Of a stretch of 64,000 nt of DNA, positions 1 through 12,980 are shown one piece after another. The first letter of the stretch is position 1; every line of letters starts with the position of its first letter. This stretch comes from Carcharhinus amblyrhynchos. Its lineage: Eukaryota. The stretch covers positions 40,424,001 to 40,488,000 of the forward strand of contig OZ336885.1 in the NCBI GenBank assembly GCA_965287045.1, given 5' to 3'. A program made the position numbers and the translations under genes. The notes under the pieces are model-generated. The model saw only the letters and a program-made list of their open reading frames with translations, searched no databases and was not told the origin of the DNA.

Positions 1-409
1 ACCAGGGAGATGCTCTTGAAAAGCCATAAGCAGCAGATTCTCTACTCCAAGAAGGCAAGAAACCTAGCTTTCAGCTAATCAGCAGAACTTGCAAAACCTA
101 GGGAGAGCCACTATTTTCAGTCTGATGTCCACTCTCTTCTATACTAAACATTGCTGCCAGCCAAAACAGAAAATGTTTTGAATTCCCTAGGAAGGAAAAA
201 TAAACTGACCAGAATCCATGATCTTCCTCCTAACAATGCAGGATCATAAAACCAATCCTACAGTAGAAATGAACAACACCATCTGGACCACTCAAGGAGT
301 AATAAAATGACTCATCAAAGACAGCCTGGCAACAATGACATCAGTTAAGGCTGTGAACTACAGAGAACATGATTTAAAATAGAACTCTTAAAAGTACACT
401 AACATCACA
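1..409 (-). mobile_element. LTR fragment running off the window edge, same family as 39056-39639
   Basis: Ends in TCACA (TGTGA on minus). Shares CAACAATGACATCA..TAAGGCTGTGA and CTTAAA(A/G)GTACACTAACAT with the end of the 39056-39639 element. Confidence 0.6.
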
Positions 410-871
410 AATACCTTGGTCTCTTCTCTTAACTTCAGTTGTCTTAAAACATTCTTTCTTTCCCAAATCCTTGGTTATTTGAGAAGACTGCCTCTTTGGA
501 ACTCCCTTGTCCTATCCAGTGTCTCCTGGCAGAGTTTAGAAATATTCACTCCCCAGTGTCCTGTCTCCAACTGCAATATCCAATTAAAACTTAAAAACCT
601 TTCTACCTTTAAAGAGTCTCCAGTTGTTAGTTAACAATTGCTGGTTTATTTATTTTTCATGCCATCACCCTCTCGAAGCAAAATAGAAACATGGTTAGAT
701 CTGAACCAACCCCTCATGCATAAAAACACATTTGTTCAGCATGAATTTAATTCTTAGTTTTACCCTTGATTCCACACAAACATTAAATTAAATCCCCTTG
801 TAACTATACTTTATTTCTAATGTTTACCCTTACAACTATAAATCCCTTAAAACTAACTTTGTTTTCCTTAC
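410..871 (-). mobile_element. Probable second LTR-like segment
   Basis: Ends in TTACA (TGTAA on minus), non-coding, abuts the first LTR. Inference only. Confidence 0.3.
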
Positions 872-1019
872 AAAAGACTTTCCTTTTGTTGGAAGAAAAT
901 TGGATTGCCTCCAACAAAAGCAAAGTGTGGTCATTTGCACCTGAAAACATATCCAGACAAAAACGTAGACCCCATGATCCTTAAGAATTATAGTTTTTGA
1001 ATAGCAAATCTTGATACCT

Positions 1020-2625
1020 GTCGCAAATACAGGCATTCATTGGATCAGTTGTGTAGTATTGCATCATGACTTGCCCAAGCAATCTTCGACAACTACCACC
1101 CTCCTCTGCCTGACTGAGTTAGATTTTGCATTGGACAACTGAACTTTCAACTCTATTCTGGGAATCACATGGCTCCTTGCTATCTTGCCTTATTGTGGGA
1201 TATGCAAAACCTTCCTTGTTCCAGTCCTATTTAGCCTTCTTCATGCTTCTTCTTTCTTGGCACATTGATGACTGCATCAGCTCCATTTTCTGCTCTAAAC
1301 GGGAACTAAATAAAATTAGTTAACATTGCTTCCAATTTTCATTCTCCTCTTTGCCTTGATGTGGTCCATCTCTGACTCTCCTTTGAATTTTATGCCTCCA
1401 ATTCTCATGATAGATTATCACTATGTATTAATTATAACTCCACTTTCTCCTACAGTTATCTTGCCTACACTTCCTAATACCCACTTTCTGAAAGAACGCT
1501 CTTCTATTCTCTCAGTTTCTCTGTCTCTGTTGTATCTGTGCCGATGAGATAACATGCCATACTAACACTTCTGATGAACCTTTTTCCCTCGAGGAGGAAT
1601 TCCCCTGACTGTACCTGCTCTAATTATCTCACTTCTGCTCTGAAACTTTCCCCTCCCTCCCAGAACAACAATAGGGTTCCTCTTATCCTCCCATCCCATC
1701 AGCCTGTATGTTCAATGAATGATGGTCTGCCATCCATGATGCCACCAGTAAATATACCTTACTCCTCCTCCTTTCATCATTCCAAAGAGATGGTTCCCTC
1801 TGTGATGCTGTGGTCCACCCTTCAGTCATACAGAATACTGTCTCAACTTCCAACGACACAATTCCATGCAAACACAGGAGATGCCACAATTATCCTTAAT
1901 CTCTTCTCACCATTCAAAGCCCCAAATCCTACTTCCTCCAAGGTGGAACCGTGTTTTACTTCAACTTCTTCCTATTTAGTATACCATGTTCACTGCTCAT
2001 AATGTGGTCATCTTGACATTGAGGAAATCATATACAAGCTGCGTGACTGTTTCATGGAAAACCTCTGTTCAGTCTCCAAGCACGATCCTGAACTTCCAGT
2101 TACTTGCTTGTCCACGTTGGTCCCATTCTGATATTTCTGTCCTTGGCCTAATGAGATGTTTCAATTCAAGCTCAAGGAATAGCACCTCAATCTTTTAAGG
2201 GGCACTTAACAGCCTTCTGGCTTCAACACGGTTCAACAATTTTAGTTCAGAACCTCCAACCCCATGTTATTTTGTTTTGCTTTGCTCATTTCTCTTTTTT
2301 TCTCTCATTTCCTTGACTTAGCTTTCAGATGATAGTTATTCAAGATTCTACCATTCACATCTCCTCGGGGCATATATTTTGTTTCTTTATTTACCAAATG
2401 TCCATGTCCTTGCCTTGTGAAAAGCTATGTCATTTAATCTCTCCTGTCCTTCATTGACCAATCATTAACCTTCCCTTGTTCTACCCATTTCTCCTCCTTC
2501 ACCTTTCACTCAGTCACAACCTATTATGTTTCTAACTTTTCCCAGTTATGATATTAACTCTGTTATTCTCTTTAAAGATTCTGCCAGACCTCCTGAGTAT
2601 TTCAAGTACTTTCTGTTTTATTTTC
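1020..2625 (+). mobile_element. Decayed Penelope-like retroelement (RT + GIY-YIG + 3' end)
   Basis: Fragmented peptides PSLFQSY..WHIDDCI (YIDD-type RT motif), NRVPLIL, and LVYHVHCS followed by a degenerate CG.L.I.E stretch (GIY-YIG start). 3' end TGCCAGACCTCCTGAGTATTTC resembles 56815-56955. Confidence 0.75.
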
Positions 2626-2949
2626 ATTTAAATAATGGTTGCCGTTGGGTGATGAATTTTTGCATTTGACTTGTTTGAAGTAATAATGTTAACATTATTT
2701 TGAGTTTGTTGTTTTGATACAAAGTAATGAAAATATCAGAACAAAGGTGAACATATCTACCTATTTGCAGAGGTTCTCAGCAAATCTCACACCAACTTCA
2801 CCCTCCATGGTCATACAATGTTGTTAATTCCTTGAAAGTTATTCACATAATACTACCTTCTTGAATTCATTTCAAAATGAAACAGAATACAACAAATAAA
2901 TGAATTGATAAGAGTCCTGTCAGAAGTGTTATTTTGTATCCCATGTTTG

Positions 2950-3725
2950 GACTAATAAGTGGCAAGTAACAATCACATCACACAAGTTTGGTGCAAAAGC
3001 CATTTCCAACAAAAGAGTGTCTAACCATTGTTCCTTGACTTTAAATGTTGTTACCATCACTGAATCCCCTATCATCAACATCCTGGGAGTTATCATTGAC
3101 CAGAAACTGAACGTAACCAGCCATATAAATACTGTGGCTACAATAGTTGGTCAATGACTGGGAATTCTCACCACCTGACTCCCCTAACCTATCCACTACT
3201 TAAAAGGCACAAGCCAAGAGATGGAACACACTCCAGTCATTGGATGAATGTGGCCCCAATAACATTCGAGAAGGTCAACACTTGGAGAAAGCAACTCACT
3301 TAAGTGACACCCAATCCCCCACCTTCAACATTCACTCCCTCACCACCAATGCACAGTTGCAGTCATGTGTACTATATACAGGATGTTGGAACTCATCAAG
3401 GTTCATTTGACAACAACTTCCAAATCCACAACCTTTACCGCCTGGAAGCAAAAGTACGAGTAGACACATGGGAATACCACCACCTGCAAGTTCACCACTA
3501 AGCCACACACCATCCTGACTTGGAAAGAAATCACTGTTCCCTCAGTGTCACTGGGTCAAAATTCTGGAACTCCATCCCTAACAACACTGTGAGTGCACCT
3601 ATACCACATGAACTGCAACAGTTCAGGAAGACAGCTCACCACCACCACCTCAAGGGTGATTAGGAATGGACAATGAATATACAGGCCTGGCCAATGGTGA
3701 CCACATCCCATGAATGAATAGAAAG
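2950..3725 (+). mobile_element. 3' fragment of a CR1/L2-group LINE (family B)
   Basis: Degenerate KWQVT..ISNK..ITESPIINILGVIIDQKLN coding relic, 3' UTR ending CACATCCCATGAATGAATA. Homologous to 14755-15335 and 26165-31765. Confidence 0.8.
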
Positions 3726-4890
3726 AAGGTAACTGTTTCACAAAGTCTATTTAAATAAGGAATGTATATTGACAACAGGATAAACATACAGTGAAATTAT
3801 CAGTGCAATTAGGAAAATAACTATGGGAAATTGTGCATTTATCTTCGCAATGTTTCTCAGAAAGCTTGTCTTTCCCAACATTTTTTTAAAAATTTATTTA
3901 AATTTATTTCAGGAGGATTATTCATCTGTCTAGCATATTTCAGACTTCATTGAATTAGATTAGTCACATTTATACATAAAACAATCCCTCACAAAGTGCC
4001 CATTTTGTCCATTATATTGCATAATAGATCTGTAGTTATTGAAACTTCTGTCATACTTACATCTGATTGATTTAAATGTTTGTTTCCATGCAATGACAGC
4101 ACATTGCGACTAAAGATCTGGAGAATGAACCAGGACAGTAGGTAGAAAAATATTAATTAGATATCATTGTAGACATTGAAAAATAATTAACGAAGCAGAA
4201 GCAATCATAAAAATCTACTGAAGAAAAGAAAGGATCAATGGACTTATTCAAATCGACCCACTTCTTTAAAAAGTTCTTTTGACTTTCATTGTATTTTCTT
4301 ATTAAAGTTGCCTAGATAATACTGTCCTCTGTGTTTGAATTGTCCAGATCAAAACTTTCTCAAAAGACCTCCACCTAGATAAGGAGATTGAGTAGTTCCT
4401 GTAGGTTCCAAGATGAGCACTGTTACCCAAAGAGACCCAAACCAATGACAAAACCAGCTCACTTACAATTTCTAAAATGTGGTATTGATTGGTTGTAAGG
4501 CTTGGCAGTCACATGACTCACTATTATTTATTATATCTAAGTTTTATTCACTTCAATGAACAGCTGTACCCATCCCCACCATTTAAGAAAATAATTTTCA
4601 AACTGTAAATTAACCAATAAAATTTTCCTTCTGCACAATACTAAAGATGAGATGAAAAAGAAACTCAAAGGTAGATTTCCTGAAATCACCAATCTAGTGT
4701 ATTGTGATAAACAAAACTCTGAACAATGGAAACTTCCAGACTAGAATCTTTATATAGTGCAATGTAATCTAAATGATAATAACCTTGCTTATATTTATAA
4801 TGAGAACACCAGAAAAATATTCTAATAGACCAGGCATCAAGGATTGTATGATTAATCAAGATTGGAAAGATTTTCTGAATAAATATACTG

Positions 4891-5287
4891 ACCAGAATTC
4901 TTCGGCCTCACCGGTGGTTAGGATTCTCCAGTCCCACTACTGTGAATGGAGATTTGACTTGGTGCCAAATTCTTACAAAATTCCAAAATGAGGACATTCG
5001 GCACATCAAGTCTGTACCAACCACAATTCCCACCTATGCATTTACCCTAGCTTGTCCCCCTGACACTAAGGGGCAATTTAGCATAGCCAATCCACCTAAC
5101 CCACATCTTTGGACTGTGGGAGGAAAACAACGCAGGCACATGGAGAATGTGCAAATTCCACACAGACAGTGACCCAAGCTGGGAATTGAACCCAGTCCTT
5201 GGCACTGTCAGGCAGCAGAGCTAACCACTATGCTGCCATTCTAGCTGGCAGCAGTAATGGGGGGAATTAAATCAGAGAATCCAGGCC
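4891..5287. mobile_element. Harbinger-type MITE interrupted by an HE1-like SINE
   Basis: Ends ACCAGAATTCT and AGAATCCAGGCC are approximate inverted repeats; SINE occupies about 4975-5237. Confidence 0.55.
4975..5237 (-). mobile_element. HE1-like tRNA-derived SINE
   Basis: Reverse complement of head TGGTTAGC.CTGCTGCCT..GGTTCAATTCC and body GGAATTTGCACATTCTCC..CCTCCCACAGTCCAAAGATG, repeated many times in the window. Confidence 0.9.
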
Positions 5288-5574
5288 ATTAATTTTAAAG
5301 TGTTTTAGCAACACAATTCATTTTTGATACCACAGTAGGAATTTAGTATGTAAAGAATGACTTGCAATTATATAACACTTTTTAATGACCATACAGCCAT
5401 TTCTTTTTTCAAAACGTAGTCACTGTTGTACTGTATGATAGAGAAGGAATGAACAATTAAGCTAAATTCTTTATTTTTACTTACCCTTTTCCATAAAATT
5501 TCACACAGTAAACAGATGGACAGTAAAAAGTTATAGTCCAATGTTACAAGCAGATACTCATGTATTGAATTACA

Positions 5575-5705
5575 GGGCGGGATTCTCTGATTTCATCCAT
5601 GCCGCTACAAGTGTGAATAGAAAAATTAACGTTCCAACCAAAACTCCACTCACTTTTAGCAGCACCGGAGAATCCCAGCACTGGATGAGGATGGAGATTT
5701 CCAGT
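5575..5705. mobile_element. Short Harbinger-type MITE
   Basis: Begins GGGCGGGATTCTC, internal GGAGAATCCCAGC inverted copy, ends GGAGATTTCCAG. Confidence 0.5.
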
Positions 5706-7007
5706 GACAACATCGATCTATTTCAAGACAGTGGCTGAATAAAGCACTGTTTCACTGACCTCGAAGAAAGCTGCCCACAAAGATTTAGAAGTCTTGTGGT
5801 ATGGGTTTCACCTTCCTCAATGTTAGTTTCGTTCCAGTGTCAGCTCAAGGTATCTCCCATGACCCACAACACTGATGTCATCAAGCAGACTCAGCACCAA
5901 TCACATTGAAAAATTCTCACACACAGCCACAAAGAAAGTAAGAATCACTTACCCTTCACTTTTTAGTCATTTTACAGAGAGCAAGGTAAAGACTGGGACA
6001 TACAGATGGGATTAAGATAAACTTTAAAAAAAATAAAAATTTCATACATTTTTGACATATGATTAAAGTGGAGACATTTGATACCCTACCAATATAAAGT
6101 TAACTTTTCAGGGCTAGATTGGTTGTTTATTAAAGTTTATGAACTTAGAATGCCAATAACTACCTAATTACAGCTCATAAACAATTTTTCAAGAGGTTTT
6201 CCAGTGAGACTAACTATGTAAAAGTTTGAATTTGATGTCAATTCAAGTAATTTTAGATTATTTCCATCTTCTGGAACTTCAAAGGCACAACCTGCAGAAG
6301 AACAGTGAATCATAGACAGTAAGTTCTGAATTTCCACATTTAACCGTGCACATGCCAATGTTTCTGTCACTTTCACAGTTGTAATGACGGTGAACACTGG
6401 CAGTTTCATTGTCAGTATAACTATAAAGTCTAGGCCAATATCCCAGGGTATGTCACCATGAATTTCTTAATCTAATGTTGCATTCATGTCTTCAGTTTGC
6501 AACAACACTCATTCATTTGTATATTTTTAAAAATGATGTGCCAGTAATCCGGATAATCCATTTTCCAAGGAGATAAAGATATTTGTACGAACACTATTAA
6601 AGAATGCTAAAAGTGAAGAGGCAGTCTGAGACGGAGACATACCAAACACAGGAAGTATATAAGTATTATGAAAACCTGCTTTATTTGTATACACAATTTA
6701 AAAGATATCATTCAAAAAACATTAAGAACGTGAAAGGAATAATTGTAGAAAAGAAGTTTTTTTCCCCAATGCAAGAGGTTTTCCTGGTATAATAACTTCT
6801 CACTCTTTATTTTCAACAAAAAAATTGAATTGCTGTATGAATTTGTGGTGAGACAGACCTAAAAGCTACATTGCAACCTACAGGGAATGGGGAACTACCT
6901 CCACTTACTTCTGTTTAAATTAGATTTCGGAATCCTCATTTGTTTAATAAGAAATATTTGATTATGTGCTCCTGCAACTTCTAATGAATCCATGTCAGTA
7001 ATACAGA

Positions 7008-7780
7008 GGGGGCGATCTTAGCAAAAAAATTCTAAATGCTGAACAAAAGCATGAAAACAGGAGAGAATCACATACACTTTTTGCGGGAGCTCCCAAACAC
7101 CATCTTATGGCACTTAGGAAAAAAATGAGACGAAGTGTGATTCTCTCCAAAAATAAGGCCGTGAAATTCTCACCAGTAGGGGGAGTAGATGGAGTCAATT
7201 CACATCAGGATGCCGGCTATAGACTGTCAGAGAGCATTACTTTGCATGGACCCTGATCTCCTAGTGCACTGTGTACATGGATACACAGTACACTGGGAGA
7301 TTGTCACTCCCCCATTAATCCGGACATTGTACCCTCACTCCCCTCCTGATCATGCTTCCCCAAACGTGCCCCCCAATCTCCAACCATGATCACGACTCCC
7401 AGCTGATCACCTCCCCAATTCCCCGCCACCCTGGCCGAACGCCACCTTGTTCACCCCCATCCCAGCCAATCACTGCCCTGATGACCCCCACCATATTGAT
7501 GTGGAGCATATAGTCCTCATGCACTGCCTTCCCTTCAGGCCCTGCCCCTCCAGGATCTGCCCCTCCCTTCCCTTAGGGCCTGCCCCTTGGCACTGCCTGG
7601 TGGGAATGCCAGGGTGCAAGGCTGGCACTGCCAGGGTCCAAGGCTGGCAGGTATATTTTGCAATTTCTAGCTCATACCCTACTCTCCAATGGTCCCGGAT
7701 TCTGTGATGGAACTGCCCCATTCTGCTCTCTGCCATCATTCTCAGCTATTCCCTCACTCATTATTGCAAATCAGAGCATG
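7008..7780 (+). mobile_element. Non-autonomous Harbinger-like element, right end not identified
   Basis: Left end GGGGGCGATCTTAGCAAAAAAATTCTAAATGCTGAA matches 8229 and 62612 elements; C-rich interior with GGCACTGCC motifs. Confidence 0.55.
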
Positions 7781-8143
7781 ACAGATACCAATATTCCTGA
7801 GTGAGGGATTGCCCACATTGTACAGTTACCAGTTTTATCAAATATTAAGATTATAAACTTTGCAGTGCAGTTAAGTAATTAACCTGCATTTATATAGCAC
7901 CCTCAAGACATCTCCACATGCGTGGCAGCAATGAAACATTTTTGAATATTGCCATATTATGTTGGGAAAAACATAATATGGCAATTTGTACACCCAATAT
8001 GCTGTTAGAATCAATATCCAGTTTTTATTGATGCTGGTTGAGAGATACAAATGGGCTAGGACAGTATTAAGAATTCCCTGCTGCTCTTTAAATAGTCCCA
8101 TGGATCCTTTGCTTCTATCTGAGAGGGCAGATCTGAAAGATAA

Positions 8144-9012
8144 TGGCCAGGATTTTCCAGTCCCACCTGTGGTCAACACCATTGTAAATAGAGCAGAAAA
8201 ATTTAGAGAACGGCCAAAAGTCTATTGTGGGGGGGGGGTGACCTTACCAAAAAAAATTATAAGTGCTGAACGAGTGTGAAAATGGGAGAGAATCAAGCCC
8301 ATTTTTTTTGGTTAAGCTCTCAAATGCAATTGTACGGCACTTAGTTCAAAAAAAGAGTCAAAGTATGATTCACGTCAGTAGGTGGAGCAGACGCGGTCTA
8401 GTCTCACTGGAAAGTTAGCTGCTAGCTGCGAGAGGTGCTACTGTGCAAGCGCCTTGATCTCTGTGTTCTGTGTACAAGTGTATGAGAACAGAGATCTGTC
8501 ACTCACCCCATCCTTCTGGCCTCCCTGGCACCAATACTCCCCCACCAGGCTGAACACCGCTATGATACCACACCGGCTAACCGCTACCCTGATAACCCCC
8601 AACCCCCCCCAGCTGATATCCAATGCAGAATTACCCCCTTACCTGTCCATTATTGCCCCCACTCTCATCATGGCTCTGCCTCCTGCAATCTGGCCCTGCC
8701 CTCTGGCACTGCCCAGTGCCCGGTGAGCAGTGCCCAAGGACCCACTGGCGAGACTCACAATGTCGGGCAGCACAGTGACACAATGAATAGCATCCTTCTG
8801 TACTGTAGGAATTCTATGATTCCAAGATCACGAGAGTGAGAAACCAGGCGTGAACACAGCTTTTCATCAGACACACAATCTTACCAGTTAGCTACGCTGA
8901 TCGACCATGACAAGCTGGTAAGATGACCCCCAAATGATGGCTAAACACTCTTCAAATTTTCCTGTCCCACCTGTGATGATGCCCAATATTGGCAAGTCGA
9001 GAAAACCCTGCT
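8144..9012. mobile_element. Harbinger-type MITE with TAA target duplication
   Basis: TAA at 8141-8143 and 9013-9015; ends GGCCAGGATTTTC and GAAAACCCTGCT. Confidence 0.65.
8229..8931 (+). mobile_element. Non-autonomous Harbinger-like TIR element
   Basis: TIRs GGGGTGACCTTACCA and TGGTAAGATGACCCC. Confidence 0.7.
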
Positions 9013-10103
9013 TAATACTCTGACGGTGCAGCACTAACTGGGTATTGTGCTGAAGTGCTGCCAGCCGAGATCATGTACTCAAGAGTGTGGCTTTAACACA
9101 TTCCTTCTGATGCAGAATTGAGAGTGCTGCCAACTTAACCACAGTTATCAAACCTTGTGAGCATCTGCTCATTGCGAAGCTCCCAACTTCCTCCATCTGG
9201 CTAGAAGAATCTAAGGGTGCCCACTGTTGAGCATTACAGCACTCCAAGAATGCTTTAATATTGCACTCCGTTATGTCCTAACCACATTTAGCAAAGCTGA
9301 AGATCCCTTCCCTCAGCATTTCCAGGCTCAAATACTCCACTCCTATTCTGCTAATCTCAAAAACCTTAGTGCTACCAAAATCCCTTTCCCCACTGGCGCT
9401 AAATCCTATGAATCCTTCTTCAACGTAATTACGAAAAAAGATCCAATCTCTAATCACTCACGTCTTATCTGCTATTTTGCTACATGAAGAAACATCCAAT
9501 AATGAAGGTCATGTGTCATGTTCACGTAAAACTTGGCAGAATTGTGTAATTCAGTTCCCAAAATAACTATTTATTTGTTAGTGTCGCAAGTCAGCTTATG
9601 TTAACACTGCAATGAAGTTACTGTGAAAATCCAGTTCCAGAATGAATTGGCGTGAAAATAAAACAATTTGATTTATTCAGTCACTGGAAATTAATGGCCC
9701 TGATGATGCATAGTGTTGAACCTTTTGATAAAACTGCACATACATCAACTCTGAAAATTCAGCTACTTTGTACACCAAGCAGATCCTGGAGCCTAAAATC
9801 TGTAGATGTTTACAATTACCTGGATTCCCAAAGGGAATACTGGAGCAATGGGTTTAAAATGATGGACACCATAAATAGTTACATGCAGCAAGACCCAGTA
9901 GCAGAGTAATTACAGACTGCACTCTAACAGCATAATTCCTTTATTCACACTCAAAAGAGTTCTAAGAAACTCTTTGAAATCAGTTAAACTTGTGGTAGAG
10001 TTAGCTCACATGTGTGTTGTCTAAATGAGTGCCATAAAGCTCTGAGGATACATTTTTCAGGCAGTTCTGCAATTAGCAGCTCCTGTCTTACTTTTGCCAC
10101 CAT

Positions 10104-10310
10104 GGCTGGAAGTCTCCAGCTGTTCGTGCCGGTGGGGGTCTCCAGTCCTGCCTGCAGCACACCCCCACCCGTGGGTTTCCTGCTGGCGTCAGGTGATGCA
10201 AATGGGGATTCCTGTTGACAGCAGTGGGCCAGACAGTCCTACTGCTAGCAAACAGCACGCCACCTCCCGTTGGTGGGAAATACACGGCTGGGAGGCTAGA
10301 GAATCTCACC
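10104..10310. mobile_element. GC-rich Harbinger-type MITE
   Basis: Ends GGCTGGAAGTCTCC and AGAGAATCTCACCC; sharp GC island. Confidence 0.5.
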
Positions 10311-11910
10311 CATATCCCAGAAGCTCAGGAAAACCCAGCCAGGTCAAATTTAACTTAGACTGTCAGTTATATTGTGGGAGGCTGATTGAAATGTATTGGA
10401 GAAGCGGGACACTTATGTGACACTCTATCCACTACTCAACAAGTGGCAGCTGACACATTGGGTTTGGGACAAGTTCGCTGCTTTTGAGGGTTTAACCACA
10501 ATGCCCCCAGTCTTCATGGGTGTCAATTGCCTATTCCTTTGATGCTTGCATTAATAAGAGGCTCTGTAATACCACCAAATGATCTGCACATAGATGTACG
10601 TCAAGATTCACAACTTATATATTCAAACTTCTGGCTATCCCTTTTATCTCTGGCGATTTTGACTTTCCTTCCTTCTCTACCCTCATTCCTCATTTCTGAA
10701 AGTGCCAAATTCATGTTGAGATATGGTTCCAATTGTGCTGGCAATTATCTGGTATCACACTAGTCTTTGTGACCCTGGACATTTGTTGCCAATAGGCTAT
10801 ATCAATATAGTTGGCATTAGAAAATTTAATCTTAATTTCTTATGACTTTAGATTATGAATATGACTCAGGACCATTTCCTGGCCCCGGCCCTGCTCTACT
10901 GACCATCTGGTGCGTGTCTGAGAGGTCTTCCCATTAACAGCCAATTAAAAGTTCTCCTCCAGGTCCACCATCCAATTACAGATGGTCGATGGGTTCCTGA
11001 GGCTGCAAGGTCAATCCGAGTGTTTGAAGCCTTGAAAGGATGGCAAGAGAGATTGGCTTTTCCACTGCCGGAGTCAATTGCCAAAGCAGTCTTATCTTGG
11101 GACTCTGAAAGGGTATTGATACTTGATTCAAATAAACAGTGGTCATAGCTGCCAGGCTACCCTGTGGAGGAGTAACAACAGGGAGGTCTCACTGAGCCTT
11201 CCCTGAAAGCTGCTGTTAAGCAATTCCGGACACATACTGGGCTTGGCCCTCAGATAGTAACCTATTGGAGCTGCCCTGTGTTAAGCTGCCATGCTAGGCT
11301 TAACCTTCAGATAGTGTTCCTTATTCCCCTCAAAACATGATCATGCAATCCCACAGAAGGGCAGTTAATGGGTTATTGATGTGTTTATATCAGTAGTTAA
11401 CTTAAAAAGAGGAAAATTATCGTTGCCATTTATGTAAAAGAGGATCTATTTTAATACATAAACACAATCTGATTTCAATATTCACAATCTTCACATTTTT
11501 TAGAACAGTATATATTTCTGTTCTGGAGCTTTGCTGTTTTTGAAATGAATTTGAAGTAGGACAGATATCCTGATGTAACTGTTTCATGTTTTGGCTAGAT
11601 ATATCCAAAAGATTTTGACTTTGTTTAGTGTCAAGTTCACATATTTTGCATCCAGTGATATTGATCTGTGTTGTTTGTATTTCCAAAGCTGTATTGCGTG
11701 TCATTCTCTTGTTCATGTTTGAACAAAATTTAATATTATAACACTCTGTGCTCTTTTTATCTTTGTCGTTTTTTTTGGATAACAGCTTAGGACATTTCAC
11801 TGATCCCCTGTTGCTGGATAGCACAAGTTAAAGATGAAGTTACTGACTTTATGCACCTGAATGTTTTACCATAATTGGTTATTCTGAAGTGGGCAATAGA
11901 TCTTACACAT

Positions 11911-12035
11911 GGGTGGGATTTTACAGCCTCACTCGGTCAAGACCAGAAATTCCCGCCCGAGGCAACAGAGATTTCTGTTGTCGGATCCTCGCGTGCTTCG
12001 ATTCAGTGGCTGGCGAGATGGCAGGGTAATGTGAC
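11911..12035 (+). mobile_element. Short MITE, family also at 15741, 19453, 21573, 37499 and 52402
   Basis: GGGTGGGATTTTACAGCCT left end and internal CCC(A/G)CCCGAGG shared among copies. Confidence 0.7.
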
Positions 12036-12634
12036 CATGATGTGGTGTAAATTTTTTGTTATTTTTAACTGTTCTACCTTATTTAGTGACATGAAAGTTC
12101 CATTATCATTATTTTATTCATTTTCTTAATAAATAAGACCCTTTCTCCATCCTCTGGAAGCCCCAGGTATTAATGAGTCACCACTGAAGAGAAGGGAATA
12201 GGGAACAGACACTTCAATGTAGAGTTAAATTCTGTCAGTCTGCCGTTATTTTTAGTAACGTGTTGTACCCCAGGTCTTGATTTGTCAGATTCATGGATGA
12301 AGATGTAGCGTAAGAGCTTCTTTGGTGTAACCTAATGTTAGCTGACTTTGTTAAAAAATAATCAGCATTAAGATCTGTACTCAGTTGAGACTGGTAGTAT
12401 TTTGTAATAATTTGTACCTGGTTGAATTGTTATGGTTCACTTGGCATGATCAGGAGAGGAAGGTAGAAATGAAGCTTCCCATTAAATATTGCAAGAACAT
12501 GTTGCCATTTCTCCTGGAAGTTATGACACTGTAATGATGTCCATAACATGAAAGTTTGCCAATTATCGATGGACTCTGTTGGATGTCACTTTACATTTAC
12601 TCACTGATTCACTCTTTACTACATATTTTTTTGA

Positions 12635-12980
12635 ATCTAGTGGTGGGACATGGGTGTCAGTGGCTGGCCAGTATTTGTTGCCCATCTCTAGTTGCCTGAG
12701 GGCAGTTGACAGTCGACCACATTGCTGTGGCTCTAAAGTCACATGTCGGCCAGACCCAGATAAGGACAGCAGATTTCCTTCCCTAAAGGACATTATTGAA
12801 CCAGATGGGTTTTTCCGACAATCAACAATGGTTTCATGGTCACTGGTAGATTCTTTATTCCAGATATATATTCTTTTTCAATTAATTCAAATTCTACCAT
12901 CTGCTGTGGGTCCCCAGAACATTAACTGAGTTTCTGGGTTAATAATCTAGTGATACTACCACTAGGCCATCGCCTCCCCA
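12635..12980 (-). mobile_element. tRNA-headed SINE (family 2) sharing its 3' tail with LINE family B
   Basis: Minus-strand head GGGGAGGCGATGGCCTAGTGG (A box); tail GATGGGCAACAAATACTGGCCAGCCAC..CCCA matches the LINE B 3' end; second copy at 23262-23592. Confidence 0.75.

Larger units (their letters stand above)
7882..9146 (-). mobile_element. Old Deu-domain-like (SacSINE1/AmnSINE1-type) SINE split by nested insertions
   Basis: CTGCATTTATATAGCACC tail, AAATAGT.CCATGG..CTGAGAGGGCAGA core, resumes after 9012 with CTCTGACGGTGCAGCACT. Family name from memory of the consensus. Confidence 0.65.

Noticed and set aside
4094-4141. DSTLRLKIW, WD40-like peptide
   Set aside because: Too short, weak splice signals, no further repeats.
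11417-11824. 135-aa minus-strand ORF
   Set aside because: K/N/Q/T-rich translation of an A-rich strand, non-ATG start, no recognisable motif.
11750-11830. Polypyrimidine tract + ACAG followed by LGHFTDPLLLDSTS*
   Set aside because: Plausible acceptor but short unrecognised peptide and no linked exon.
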